DNA of 64,000 bases from Fimbriimonadia bacterium (GTDB taxonomy: Bacteria > Armatimonadota > Fimbriimonadia > Fimbriimonadales > JABRVX01), in NCBI GenBank assembly GCA_041483895.1, contig JBGPGO010000001.1:445856-509855 (forward strand), in the 5' to 3' direction. The notes below the pieces were generated by a model. That model did not search any database and was not told the origin of the DNA. It saw only the letters and a program-made list of their open reading frames with translations. The position numbers and the translations under genes were made by a program. Within the stretch, counting starts at the first letter, position 1. Each line of letters starts with the position of its first letter. Below, piece by piece: positions 47,299 to 57,494 of the stretch.

Positions 47299-49281
47299 GG
47301 CTACTTTCCCTCCATTGGGTTTTAGTTCGAAGGCAATGTCCGCGGTGGCCCAGTAGGCGGGCGGCGGATTCACGTTCTTCGTTCCGCGCGTACCCGAGCT
47401 GGCGTCGAATAACAGCTGCGCAAGCGGCTGGCTATTCTCCGAAAAGTCCTTCATGGGGTCCTCCTTCCCTCTCTTCGCCGCAGTAAAGACAACCGGGTGA
47501 AAATCCTGCGGCTCCGGAGTGGCAATCGCCTTGAACAACTCCAATCCGTAAGGCTCCGTGAGGACCCACCGTCCTTCCAGCCGATGCCATTCACCGTCCG
47601 CTGGAATCGCTTGTTGCGCCCGCACCTGATCTTCTGACGGAAAGACGACGGCGATGTCACCCGCCGGCCCAAGTTCCAAGATAGTGACGTAGATCGGGAT
47701 CATGCACGTATTCTTGACCTCTAGATCAAAGTACTCATCGACTTTAAGCGCCAGCGGCTTCGAGGCATCGATGACCCTCGGTTTTGCCGAAGTGATCTCC
47801 TTGTGGGAATCCAACTTCACATCAAGGGGCTTGATCCTGACCTGGAAATCTATCACCTTGTCCTTGCTCTCATTTCGGAGCTTCGACAGATATTGCCACC
47901 GCCATTCGCCAACAAGCGCTTCCCGGACCGCATTCTCTTCGGCCGGCACCGACCACGACCCGCCGCTCTTGCGCTCGAAGCGAACATTGGCGCCGACCTT
48001 AGTCAACCGGACATCGTAGCTTTCTTTCGTCACATCGGCTGTCGTGGCTATCTCGGCGCCTTTCACCAAACCCGCTAAAGAGGGATCGCCAAGAAACACG
48101 GCAAGCGATGATGTTCCAATCGCGTGGCTGGTTTCGACCGCGCGCGCGGCCTTCAGGTCCTCGGGCGCCACTTTGCCTGCAAGCGAGGCCAATGAGAAAT
48201 CCTGTCGCACCGTCGAAATCGTCGCGTCGGCGATCCTGTTCTTCGGGTCCTTCACGTCGGTGTCGGCCCTGTAGATCGCGAAGTGCGACCCGGCGGTCGC
48301 TCCATGCAGCGCGCCGATTGGCAGGCGGATTTCGTCGGCATTGTCCGTCGGTTGCACGACCAAGTATGGTTCCGTTGGTGCGGCGGCGCCGGCAAAGAGC
48401 AGCTTATCCGCATCGCCCTCGAACTGTGGGTCTTGGTCGCGAAAGTCGCCGACTACGTCAATCCGAAGTCTCTCAAACAGGGATCGGTAGGTGGTCTTGG
48501 GCGTCGCCTTTTGCAGGGCTTGCGTCAAGTAGTAGGTCATCGCGCCCATTCCGTTGACCTCCTTCGCGGTCTGATCGCTCCGGCAGGCGGTCAGGAGAAC
48601 ATACCCACCGGCGACGTGTGGCTTGGAATCGAGAAGATGGTCTTCCCCGCTTGTCTTTGGTTTTGGTCGCGGGCCGTCCAGCTTTTCGTTCCAATCGCGT
48701 CCACGCTCCACCAATCGGCCCGCCGGAGGTTCCCCGCGAGTCGCCGTACCGGAAAAGCAACTGTCCAATATGACCGTGATGTTGCCTTTGCCTTCCATCT
48801 TCTTGCTCAGTTTGTCGAGGAGCTCGCCCACCGTGTCGTCGCGGATGTTGGTTTTCGCGCCGTCTTGCGCGCCGCAGGTCAAGTAGTCGTATGGTACGAG
48901 AGTTTCGTCCATGCCATCGATTTCATCGCCGTTATCGTCCGCAACGCGCTGGCCATGTCCGGAGTAGTCGAACACGACAGTGTCGCCGGGTTTCGCCTTG
49001 TCGATGAGCTGCCGCTGAAAGGCATCGAGTATTCCCTGGCGGGTAGCCTGCTCATCCTTCAGCACCAGGATGCCGCCTTCGCTAAACCCAAATCGGTCCT
49101 CCAGGCACCGTTTCATCATGTCGATATCCTTGGCGCTGGTCAGATTCCACCAGTCCTTGTCCGGGCCTAGGCCGCGGTCGTACTTGCCGACAGCGACCAG
49201 CAGCGCCAGCTTTTGCGGCGCGCTGGACCATCCCGCGATAGCGGTAAACAGTATGGATATGAGCATTGGCTGGTATTTCAT
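46585..49281 (-). CDS. Exported caspase-like (C14) protease + DUF4384-like domain, fused in frame to a second exported module
   Basis: Signal peptide; YSGHG and LDSCFSG dyad; LTACRSDQTA. Confidence 0.88.
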   Translation of the reverse strand: MKYQPMLISILFTAIAGWSSAPQKLALLVAVGKYDRGLGPDKDWWNLTSAKDIDMMKRCLEDRFGFSEGGILVLKDEQATRQGILDAFQRQLIDKAKPGDTVVFDYSGHGQRVADDNGDEIDGMDETLVPYDYLTCGAQDGAKTNIRDDTVGELLDKLSKKMEGKGNITVILDSCFSGTATRGEPPAGRLVERGRDWNEKLDGPRPKPKTSGEDHLLDSKPHVAGGYVLLTACRSDQTAKEVNGMGAMTYYLTQALQKATPKTTYRSLFERLRIDVVGDFRDQDPQFEGDADKLLFAGAAAPTEPYLVVQPTDNADEIRLPIGALHGATAGSHFAIYRADTDVKDPKNRIADATISTVRQDFSLASLAGKVAPEDLKAARAVETSHAIGTSSLAVFLGDPSLAGLVKGAEIATTADVTKESYDVRLTKVGANVRFERKSGGSWSVPAEENAVREALVGEWRWQYLSKLRNESKDKVIDFQVRIKPLDVKLDSHKEITSAKPRVIDASKPLALKVDEYFDLEVKNTCMIPIYVTILELGPAGDIAVVFPSEDQVRAQQAIPADGEWHRLEGRWVLTEPYGLELFKAIATPEPQDFHPVVFTAAKRGKEDPMKDFSENSQPLAQLLFDASSGTRGTKNVNPPPAYWATADIAFELKPNGGKVAMKQREITLAALTAFAVLGAQTPNLNPSQKPTVEKAKASVDIEKTILDLAEKGKSTKNPAYLLSATGLRMSNEQTLKLRHITPTYSKQVPDDGRYDSVTLLNMTAQVAAETGNRTYLELAAKMAENPQTGLGNKALAGIIRAMAVTARGSIVAPVLDSGALKVGENVTYTMDFEGAKRAEACVNGGKLFVEIRDANGLLIANGFAPCKISWFPKKMGAFQIKVKNVGKAASNFVLETN

Positions 49282-49362
49282 GGCTTTTCCTTCGTAGATA
49301 CGATGATTGCGCTTGGAATATAGGTTACCGCCTTGGGACTATCGATCTATATGCCGCCCCTC

Positions 49363-49505
49363 GGGAGCGCCGGCATCCTGCCGGCATTGTGTTCATTTCC
49401 CCGACCGTTTGCAAGCAGAATGCCGCCTGGAAGGCAGCGTTACGGGTTTCGCCTATGGGACATATAGGTCCTATACGACCTATGCCGCCTGGAAGGCAGC
49501 GTTAC
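49363..49505. repeat. REP family B copies around a 9-bp ATAGGTCCT-type repeat
   Basis: ATGCCGCCTGGAAGGCAGCGTTACG twice; CATATAGGTCCTATACGACCTAT between them. Confidence 0.75.
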
Positions 49506-52500
49506 GGGTACAAGCCGAGGAGTCCCACATCGATGTACTGGCCGCCGGCCGTCTGGCGGCAATGAACGCCGATGGTGTTGGTCCCGTCGTAGAAAAGAGC
49601 GATTTGGGCCGGGGTGAGATGGATGGTGCGGTAGTCGGTCGTGTAGCCGCCCTCTTTCCATAACAGTTTGCCGTTGACGTAGATCTCGCAGTCTTCGTCA
49701 TGATGGACGCGAAGGAGCATCAGCTCCGACTTTGAAATGGTAACGGTTTTCCGCAACCAAATCTGAGGACCGTCCCAAACGGTACGGACTGTCGCGCCCG
49801 GCGTGCCCTCAGTGCCGAAACCCGAGAGTCCCTCCTTCCATCCGCTGTCATCAAATCCGCCTAACGTCCAGTCGGATGGTGGCGCCTCTGTCGTATATCG
49901 CCATGTCGTACCGCTTTCGCGCGCGGTGGGAAGAACCGGCTTCAATCGATCCAGATAGCGGTCCACGGTGATGGGCTCGTCGGACCTGATGTCGGGCACG
50001 TCGTTTTTGAGGTGAAGGATGATGGTCGGGTCCATCGGATAGCAGCCCATGTCCTCGCCATAGATCGCCAATCCTCCCTCGTTCGACGTCATGCGGATCG
50101 TGATTTGGTCCGAAGCGGGCGCACCTTCCGCGCTGATAGTCTTCAGGTACCCAAACGATCCCCGTTCAACCCCGGCCCAATGAGACAAAACACCCCGCGC
50201 GTTCGCGGGATCGTCCGGCAGCTCCCACCGCGTCGCCGCGCCGTTCAGTGAGACGTCGATTGAGGTTGGAAACTTCCTTCCGTCCGTCTGGGGATAGTCC
50301 TCTGGGTTCACACGCGATGGCCAGTCGACCTTCTGCCTGCCCGCTTTCGCCGCCACCTCGCACCGGAGCTCGATGGACTCAACCTGCTCCTTCGGCAGTC
50401 CGGCCGGCAGTTTCAGATGATATTCGAGCGTCCCAGCGCCACGGCCGTACTGCTTGCTCTTGATCGGCGACTCAGGCATGCTTAGCTCCGAAAACTTGCT
50501 GGAAGCGAAATCCTCCGGCCGAAAACGTAGGGCTACAGTTCGGGGATCAAGCCGCTCAACTCGCGGGGACGTTTCCCCATCTCGCACCAGCCACTGGGTG
50601 TAGTTGATGTGAACTCGGTTCCCGCCGGCGTCCTCCAGCCAAGCAATCAGGGTGGCGATGCAGTTGCGATCCGGCATTGTGAGTTCAATCTGCTTGACGG
50701 GCGTCACTCGATACCGCGGACAGTCGCCCAGCGCCTCCATCTGCGTCGGCCCGCGCCGCTTTTGTCCCAGGGAATCCAAGAAGTCCAGTCGCCAATACAG
50801 CTTGAGGCCCAGCGCGCCGCTGTAGTTGCTGACCAGGGCTGGAACTGTAACCAACGCTCCCGGCTTTTCGCGCTTGATCGCCGGCACGTCCAAGACCAGA
50901 TAGTCCTCTGAAAATAGGTCCCGCCCCTGCATCCCAGGCGCCCAGAAATCGAATCCGAACTCCTTTGGCGAGCGGTCGTAGTTGTAAAACCCGTTGTGCT
51001 CCCACTCGATATCGGTCAGCTCGGTATAGGTGTAGCCGACTAGCTTCTCTTGCGCGCGCATGGCGTTGTTGGCCGCCAGCACGCCCCAGGACCAGTCGCC
51101 GTCCCCATTCCCGGCGCTCACATAGCCATATTCATTGTTGATCCACGGTTCGCCTCGTTGCTTTCGGCCCTCGATGTAGTTCCAGGTCTTCCCCTCCCCG
51201 ATCTGGTCCTTGTCGATGCCCTCCAGCCACTTTCGATAGCCGTCCACATCGCGCGAGTACCAATGGTAGGAGTTCATGTCGGTCTTCAGGTGAGACCAGC
51301 CGGTGTTATCCTGAATCAGCCGGGAAGGATCGAAGCTCCTGGCGGCGTCAAACATCTTCTCTACCCAATCGACTCGATGCGCCTTGCCAGACCGTTCCAC
51401 GGTCCAGATGCCCCACTCTTCATTGAATACTGTCCAGGCGTAGATGGATGGATGGTTAATGTCCCGGTCGATCTGATCGTGCATGCCGTCTTCGAATTCT
51501 GGCCGACCCTTGTCGGTCACGTCGTAGAAGCAAGGGATGTCGCATTGAAGGAGGATGCCCAGCTTGTCCGCCCAATAGAGACGCCGCGGCTCGTCGGCTT
51601 TGATATGAATTCGCAGCATATTGAATCCCGCCGCCTTCGCCAATTCCATATCGCGCTTCAAGAATTCGTCGCTCGGGGCCGTGTAGATACCGTCGGGGTT
51701 GAACGATTGGTCGAGCGCCCCTCGGACGTAGATGGGTTTACTGTTCAATAGCACATAACTTTGGCCGGAGCCTTGATGCGGTCCAATGGAGATGGAGCGG
51801 CAGCCAAAATAGCTCTTGACCCGGTCGAGTTCCTCGCCACCAGGGCTTTTTACAATGAGAACAAATGGATATAAGTGTGGATGCTCGGGCGTCCAAGGAA
51901 TGGGGTCTTGTATCTGCGTCTGCAGACCGTGATCGTTGTAACCCTCGTTAGATCCCATGGTGCCGAACGCACTATCCATTGAATGGAATTCGAAAATTAG
52001 TCTATCACTTGCCGGAATAGGAGTATTGGTCCATGTGAACGTTACCGCACCGTGATCGTCGGCCTCAGCCCGCAGAATCGTAATTGCGACGGCCCCTGTC
52101 GCCTCTAGCCAAACGGTCTGCCAGATGCCGCTCGTTGGCGTGTACCATCCGACCTGCTTCCCGGTCGGCGTGGCCGGATCTGTGTGGTCTTCCACTTTGA
52201 CCTCGACGATGTTCGGCCCCCCATATCGAACCGCGTCGGTTACTTCAAACCGAAACTCAGAATAGCCACCCTCGTGATTCCCGACAGGTTTCGCGTTGAC
52301 GGACACCTCCGCCTTATAGTCCACCGCGCCGAAATTCAGCCAAACGCGCTTGCCCTTCCACTTCTCGGGCAATGTAAACTGCCGCCGATACCGCGCGAAT
52401 CCGTGCTTCTTGAGGTCCTGAATCCCGCTCAGCTTGCTTTCCCACGGAAACGGAACCGTGATGCGCAGCGGCAGCGCCTCGCCAGGCGGGGTGTCGAACC

Positions 52501-52687
52501 CGAACTCCCACACGCCGTTCAGGTTGATCCAGTCCTTGCGTTCGAAATCCGGCCGCGGATGCTCTGGTCGCGGCACTGCAACGCGGGCCCCGGTTGACTT
52601 AGATTGGTGCGTTGCGGCAAGACGGCCCGCGTCACCAGAGTTACCGGACACGGCCATCGCCGCCGAAAGAAAAAGCTGTGAAATCAT
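49502..52687 (-). CDS. Secreted GH2 family glycoside hydrolase
   Basis: HPRPDFER, LNFGAVDY, SGIWQTVWLE, NHPSI..W..FNE.WG. Confidence 0.88.
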   Translation of the reverse strand: MISQLFLSAAMAVSGNSGDAGRLAATHQSKSTGARVAVPRPEHPRPDFERKDWINLNGVWEFGFDTPPGEALPLRITVPFPWESKLSGIQDLKKHGFARYRRQFTLPEKWKGKRVWLNFGAVDYKAEVSVNAKPVGNHEGGYSEFRFEVTDAVRYGGPNIVEVKVEDHTDPATPTGKQVGWYTPTSGIWQTVWLEATGAVAITILRAEADDHGAVTFTWTNTPIPASDRLIFEFHSMDSAFGTMGSNEGYNDHGLQTQIQDPIPWTPEHPHLYPFVLIVKSPGGEELDRVKSYFGCRSISIGPHQGSGQSYVLLNSKPIYVRGALDQSFNPDGIYTAPSDEFLKRDMELAKAAGFNMLRIHIKADEPRRLYWADKLGILLQCDIPCFYDVTDKGRPEFEDGMHDQIDRDINHPSIYAWTVFNEEWGIWTVERSGKAHRVDWVEKMFDAARSFDPSRLIQDNTGWSHLKTDMNSYHWYSRDVDGYRKWLEGIDKDQIGEGKTWNYIEGRKQRGEPWINNEYGYVSAGNGDGDWSWGVLAANNAMRAQEKLVGYTYTELTDIEWEHNGFYNYDRSPKEFGFDFWAPGMQGRDLFSEDYLVLDVPAIKREKPGALVTVPALVSNYSGALGLKLYWRLDFLDSLGQKRRGPTQMEALGDCPRYRVTPVKQIELTMPDRNCIATLIAWLEDAGGNRVHINYTQWLVRDGETSPRVERLDPRTVALRFRPEDFASSKFSELSMPESPIKSKQYGRGAGTLEYHLKLPAGLPKEQVESIELRCEVAAKAGRQKVDWPSRVNPEDYPQTDGRKFPTSIDVSLNGAATRWELPDDPANARGVLSHWAGVERGSFGYLKTISAEGAPASDQITIRMTSNEGGLAIYGEDMGCYPMDPTIILHLKNDVPDIRSDEPITVDRYLDRLKPVLPTARESGTTWRYTTEAPPSDWTLGGFDDSGWKEGLSGFGTEGTPGATVRTVWDGPQIWLRKTVTISKSELMLLRVHHDEDCEIYVNGKLLWKEGGYTTDYRTIHLTPAQIALFYDGTNTIGVHCRQTAGGQYIDVGLLGLYP

Positions 52688-52699
52688 AAGACCTCCCGA

Positions 52700-53692
52700 T
52701 CATTGCGCCTCGACGCGCTTGGCCGCACGCCGAGCCCCCATTCGACGAACCAGCTCGTCGGCAATCACCCCCAAAAGTATGACCGCACCGATCACGGCGT
52801 ATTCCAGCTGCGTCGCGATCCCCAGCACGTTGATCGCGTTGTAGAGCACTCGGATGATGGCCGTCCCGATCACCATTCCCAGTATGGTCCCTTCCCCGCC
52901 GCGCAAGCTGCAGCCACCCAGCACCGCCGCAGCAATCGCGTACAGCTCATAGAACTCCCCGTGCCCGGAAGGCTGCACCGAATTGATGTCCAGGGCGAAC
53001 AAAATGCCGCCAAAGCCCGCCAACGTCGCGGAGATCACATAGGTCGCGATGATGATCGCCTGCGTATTGACCCCGCTGATCCGAGTCGCCTCCTCGTTCC
53101 TGCCGAGAGCAAGGAGATGCCTTCCATACACGGATCGATTGAGAAAGATGCCCGCGATAATCGCCAGAATGATGAGCAGAATGAATGGCCACGGGATCGC
53201 AATCGGACCGATGCCGGGAATCGGGATCGAAATCGGCGATTCGCTGGCCAGGTTGCGAAGCCAGAGATGCTTACTGCCGAAGCCCTGTGTCGCGTCCCCG
53301 GTTACATAACGGCTGACTCCGCGCAGGATCAATAGTCCGCACAGCGTTACGATGAAGGGCTGCAATCGGAGTTTCGTAATGAGCAGCCCCTGAGCAAAGC
53401 CGATCCCGACCGACAGTCCGATCGCCAGCAGGAACGCGATTCCAGGCGACATTCCAGTCGCCCCGACCCACATCGCCATCGTAGTCCCCGCGATCCCGAC
53501 CACGGAGCCGATAGACAGATCGATGCCACCTGTTATAATTACTAGTCCCGCGCCGATGCTCAAGATCCCGAAAAGCCCAGTCCATCGAAGAATGTTCTGC
53601 AGATTGTAGGCAAGAAGAAACTGCGGATTGATAACCGACGAAAACACGATGACCGCGATGAGCAGCACCAATATGCCGCGAACCCGGTTCAA
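52700..53692 (-). CDS. Sugar ABC permease (RbsC-like)
   Basis: GGIDLSIGS, QPFIVTL, YELYAIAAAVLGG.SL.GG.G. Confidence 0.92.
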   Translation of the reverse strand: MNRVRGILVLLIAVIVFSSVINPQFLLAYNLQNILRWTGLFGILSIGAGLVIITGGIDLSIGSVVGIAGTTMAMWVGATGMSPGIAFLLAIGLSVGIGFAQGLLITKLRLQPFIVTLCGLLILRGVSRYVTGDATQGFGSKHLWLRNLASESPISIPIPGIGPIAIPWPFILLIILAIIAGIFLNRSVYGRHLLALGRNEEATRISGVNTQAIIIATYVISATLAGFGGILFALDINSVQPSGHGEFYELYAIAAAVLGGCSLRGGEGTILGMVIGTAIIRVLYNAINVLGIATQLEYAVIGAVILLGVIADELVRRMGARRAAKRVEAQ

Positions 53693-55182
53693 GCCGCCTC
53701 CTTGCCTGTCGCAAGGAACATCACCGCTTCCTCCGTCGCTTCCGCCCGCGACAGCTCCCCGGCCAGGCCCCGGTTCCACATCACCAAAATCCGGTCCGAC
53801 ATTCCAAGAATCTCCTGCATCTCGCTGGAGATCATGAGCGTGGCCACACCCTGGTCCGCGAGCTGTTCGATCAGCCGATAGATCTCCTGCTTCGCCCCCA
53901 CATCCACGCCGCGCGTCGGCTCATCCAGCAGCAGCACCTTGGGCGAGAGCGAGAGCCACTTCGCCAATACCACCTTCTGCTGGTTGCCGCCGGAAAGGTA
54001 TTGAACCTGTTGGTCCAGGGAGGGGGTCCGAATGCCGTACTTCTCAACAATCCCTTTGCAGCTCTCGCGCTCCTTCTTGCGGTCGATCAAAAGCGCCGTC
54101 TCATAGTGGTCGAGCCCGGCCATCGTCAGGTTTTCCCGCACCGCCATCTCCAGGATCAGCCCTTGCAGCTTCCGATCCTCGGGCACCAGGGCAATTCCGC
54201 TTCGGATGGCATCCTTCGGCGAACGAACCTGCACCGGTTTGCCATCGATCCGTATCTCTCCGCACCGAACGGGATCGACGCCGAACAGTCCCCGCACCAG
54301 TTCCGTCCGGCCGGCCCCCACCAACCCGGCGAGTCCAACGATCTCACCGGCGCGGACGGCGAAGCTGACCGGCCGTCCGCCGGCGACCTCAAAGTCCCGG
54401 ACTTCCAACATCGGCTTTTCCCCTTCGTGGACCCGCGCGGGAAATATCTCACCGAGTTCGCGGCCGACCATCAGTTTGACCATCGCGCCATGAGTGATTC
54501 CCTCTTTGGGCAGCTCACCGGCGTTCTTGCCATCCCGCAGCGCCACGACCCGGTCCGCAACGCGGCTCACCTCGCCCAGACGATGGGATATATAAATCAC
54601 GCTCACTCCATGCTGCTTCAGGTCGGCTATCAGTTCATAGAGCCGGTCCGTTTCATGTTGCGAGAGGCTGCTGCTCGGCTCGTCCATGATCAGTATCCGG
54701 GCGTCAGAGCGCAGCGCCTTCGCGATCTCCACCATCTGCTTTTCGCCGGGCGATAGGCTCTCCACAACCATTTTTGGGGATCGATCCAGTCCGATGCGCT
54801 TGAGCAGCTCCTCGGTTTCGACATTCATGCTCTGGCGATTGAGGAGCACTCCCATCTGCCGGGCCTCATGACCAAGGAAGATGTTCGCGGCGATGTCAAG
54901 GTTCTCGGCGAGGTTCAGCTCCTGGTGGATCAGTGCGATACCCTTTTCGGCCGCCGTTCTAACCGAATCTATTTGGACTGCGGCCCCATCGAGGAGGATT
55001 GTGCCGCTGTCCGGCTGCTGCTCCCCGGCGAGGATTTTCATCAGCGTGCTCTTGCCTGCGCCATTCTCGCCGATGACCGCAAGGGTTTCGCCCGGTGATA
55101 AGGTCAGCGAGACCTTATCGAGCGCCTTGACCCCGGGAAAGTTCTTGGAGATATCGATGACTTGTAGGATTGAATTCGTCAA
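53689..55182 (-). CDS. Sugar ABC ATPase, double domain (RbsA-like)
   Basis: GENGAGKSTLMK, LSGGNQQKV; TTG start at 55182 inferred. Confidence 0.92.
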   Translation of the reverse strand: MTNSILQVIDISKNFPGVKALDKVSLTLSPGETLAVIGENGAGKSTLMKILAGEQQPDSGTILLDGAAVQIDSVRTAAEKGIALIHQELNLAENLDIAANIFLGHEARQMGVLLNRQSMNVETEELLKRIGLDRSPKMVVESLSPGEKQMVEIAKALRSDARILIMDEPSSSLSQHETDRLYELIADLKQHGVSVIYISHRLGEVSRVADRVVALRDGKNAGELPKEGITHGAMVKLMVGRELGEIFPARVHEGEKPMLEVRDFEVAGGRPVSFAVRAGEIVGLAGLVGAGRTELVRGLFGVDPVRCGEIRIDGKPVQVRSPKDAIRSGIALVPEDRKLQGLILEMAVRENLTMAGLDHYETALLIDRKKERESCKGIVEKYGIRTPSLDQQVQYLSGGNQQKVVLAKWLSLSPKVLLLDEPTRGVDVGAKQEIYRLIEQLADQGVATLMISSEMQEILGMSDRILVMWNRGLAGELSRAEATEEAVMFLATGKEAA

Positions 55183-55245
55183 CTTCCATTTCCGGTTCCA
55201 CTTGCCGCCGCTCGATTCCTGCGATGCCATCGGCCACAATGGGCC

Positions 55246-56448
55246 GTGGACCCACTGCTCCGCTGGTACGAGAAATCGCATAGACAGCTGCCTTGGCGTG
55301 GCCAGGTCACGGCCTACGAGGTGCTGGTTTCCGAGTTCATGCTGCAACAGACCCGCGTGACCGCCGCACTTCCCTTTTACGAGCGGTTCCTGGCCCGCTT
55401 TCCCACCATTGAGGCGCTCGCCGCTGCCGAAGAATCGGAAGTGCTTGCGGTCTGGCAGGGGCTCGGGTACTACGCTAGAGCGCGCAATCTGTTGGCGTCC
55501 GCCAGAATCATTGCGCGCGATGGGCTCCCGACCGCCGTGGAAGGCTTCCGTGCTTTGCCCGGCGTTGGGGACTATTCGGCTGCCGCACTGGGAGGCCGTC
55601 TTCTTGGGCTGCCGACGCCCTCCATCGACGGCAACGTGGAACGGGTCGTCGCGCGGCTGTTCGGACTCGAAGGCCTTCCAGCTAAGAATCCAACGCGATC
55701 CGAAATCCGGCGATTGGCGACCGAGAGGATCGACCGCAAGCGACCCGGAGATTGGAACCAGGCGATGATGGAGCTTGGCGCAACGGTCTGCCTGCCGGGC
55801 GAGCCGCGATGTTCCGTATGTCCGCTCGCCGGCGGCTGCCGGGCGTTGGCGATGAGGGCGACCGATCGCATCCCCGCTAGGGAACCTAGCAAGAAACCCG
55901 TGCGCCAGGATCACGTGTGCGCCGTGGTCTCATGCAATGGATCGATGTTGTTGCGGCAGATTCCGCCCGGCGGTTGGTGGGCTGGGCTGTGGGAGTTTCC
56001 CCGTGTTGTCCGCGAGGCAAAGGAGGGTGTCCTCTCGGCGGCGGGACGGGCGGCGGGCGTTTCGCTGAACGGCCACCACAAAGCGCTGTCCGTCGTTAGG
56101 CACAGCGTCACGCACTATGTCATCAGCCTGCATCCGGTGTTGTTAATGCTGGAAGACCCCCACCCCAACCCTCCCCCGCAAGCGGGGGAGGGGGTTTTCG
56201 GCGGCGCGAGAGATGCGACCGGTCTCCTGACCGAGTCGCAAGTCTGCAGAATCCGCCCCCACCCCAACCCTCCCCCGCAAGCGGGGGAGGGGGTTAACAG
56301 AAGACCGCAAGCGGAGGAGGGGGTTAAATGGGTTGCAGTCGAAGAGCTCGAAGACATCGCGATGCCCGCGCCTCAGAGAAAGGTCGCCGAGGAGGCCATC
56401 AGGGTTCTCGCCAGTACAGCCCCTCGGAAATCGCGGAAATCGCCTTGA
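55246..56448 (+). CDS. mutY: A/G-specific adenine glycosylase with in-frame REP insertions
   Basis: SEFMLQQT, WQGLGYY, DGNV.RV, 4Fe-4S Cys motif, GLWEFP. Confidence 0.93.
   Translation: MDPLLRWYEKSHRQLPWRGQVTAYEVLVSEFMLQQTRVTAALPFYERFLARFPTIEALAAAEESEVLAVWQGLGYYARARNLLASARIIARDGLPTAVEGFRALPGVGDYSAAALGGRLLGLPTPSIDGNVERVVARLFGLEGLPAKNPTRSEIRRLATERIDRKRPGDWNQAMMELGATVCLPGEPRCSVCPLAGGCRALAMRATDRIPAREPSKKPVRQDHVCAVVSCNGSMLLRQIPPGGWWAGLWEFPRVVREAKEGVLSAAGRAAGVSLNGHHKALSVVRHSVTHYVISLHPVLLMLEDPHPNPPPQAGEGVFGGARDATGLLTESQVCRIRPHPNPPPQAGEGVNRRPQAEEGVKWVAVEELEDIAMPAPQRKVAEEAIRVLASTAPRKSRKSP
56157..56324. repeat. REP family A copies inside mutY
   Basis: CCCCACCCCAACCCTCCCCCGCAAGCGGGGGAGGGGGTT twice plus a partial copy; encodes PHPNPPPQAGEG. 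Confidence 0.85.
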
Positions 56449-57148
56449 CGGTCGCCGCGACGGCAGCATCAAACAGCCGCTTGCCCTTTTCGGCGCTCGC
56501 ATGCGAGGGGTAGCCCCGGCCGCCGTGCTCGGTTCGCGTGGCAAAGTCGGTCACGATGTCCAGGCCGGGGATGGAGACGCTGGGCTCCAAGAAGTCATCG
56601 TCGATGGAATCCTTCCGGACCAGTTCGGGCGCTAGGTGCAGCATCAGCGACGTCTCGATCTCGCACGCGTGGCCCACAGCCTTCTCTGGCCCGGTCGCGA
56701 TCGCCGCGAACTCCGGCTCCGCCAATCGCCAATAGGATGCGGTGCAGAGCATAAGATCCGGCTGCTCGGAATTCATCTCTCGAAGCGCCATCGAAATCGG
56801 ATCGACGTTTCCTCCGTGTCCGTTCAATACCAAAAACCGTTCAAAACGGTGGCGGGAGAGCGAATCGATGATCGCGATGACGTTGGAAGCGTGCAGGTCC
56901 GCCGATGCGCTCACGGTCCCGGCAAATGCCAAGTGGTGGTGCGATGCCCCGAGCCAGAGCGTAGGCAGCAACAGACATGCGGACGCGCACCGCTCTTCCG
57001 CGGCGCCGGCGACGCTGGTGACCAACAGCGTGTCGGTCTGCACGGGCAAATGAGTGGAGTGCTGCTCGATCGCGCCGCAGGGCAACAACACGACAACGCC
57101 GCGATCCAAGGCATCGATCTCTGGACTCGTCATCTCGATGATCTTCAT
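56399..57148 (-). CDS. Creatininase family amidohydrolase
   Basis: GAIEQHSTHLP..TD, NGHGGN, HACEIETS. Confidence 0.9.
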   Translation of the reverse strand: MKIIEMTSPEIDALDRGVVVLLPCGAIEQHSTHLPVQTDTLLVTSVAGAAEERCASACLLLPTLWLGASHHHLAFAGTVSASADLHASNVIAIIDSLSRHRFERFLVLNGHGGNVDPISMALREMNSEQPDLMLCTASYWRLAEPEFAAIATGPEKAVGHACEIETSLMLHLAPELVRKDSIDDDFLEPSVSIPGLDIVTDFATRTEHGGRGYPSHASAEKGKRLFDAAVAATVKAISAISEGLYWREP

Positions 57149-57494
57149 GTCCAAAGAATTTCTAAACATTTTTCAAAGAACCCTGCAAAATATTAGCGTC
57201 CCCGGTTGCAAACACCAAGAAAACAAGCGAATCCGGTAGTTCTGATCGCCGCATCGCCGGTGGTTTGCCGACGTTAGGCTCTTTCCGGTTTGCGATAATT
57301 CCGCTGATTGACAAGGCATGATAGAATAGAGGCCACCGACAAGAATTCCCGCTGTTGATTGGTCCCCGACAGAAGTTCTTGATAAGAAAGACGCCGTTTA
57401 ACGGTGCTTTGCTCATTTGCATTTGTGAAATTTGCCTTATAGATTTCAGCCAGTATTATTATTTGTGGGAGGACTTACGATTATAGACCATCAG

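Noticed and set aside
55183-55914. N-terminal extension of the sugar ABC ATPase
   Set aside because: Antisense to mutY.
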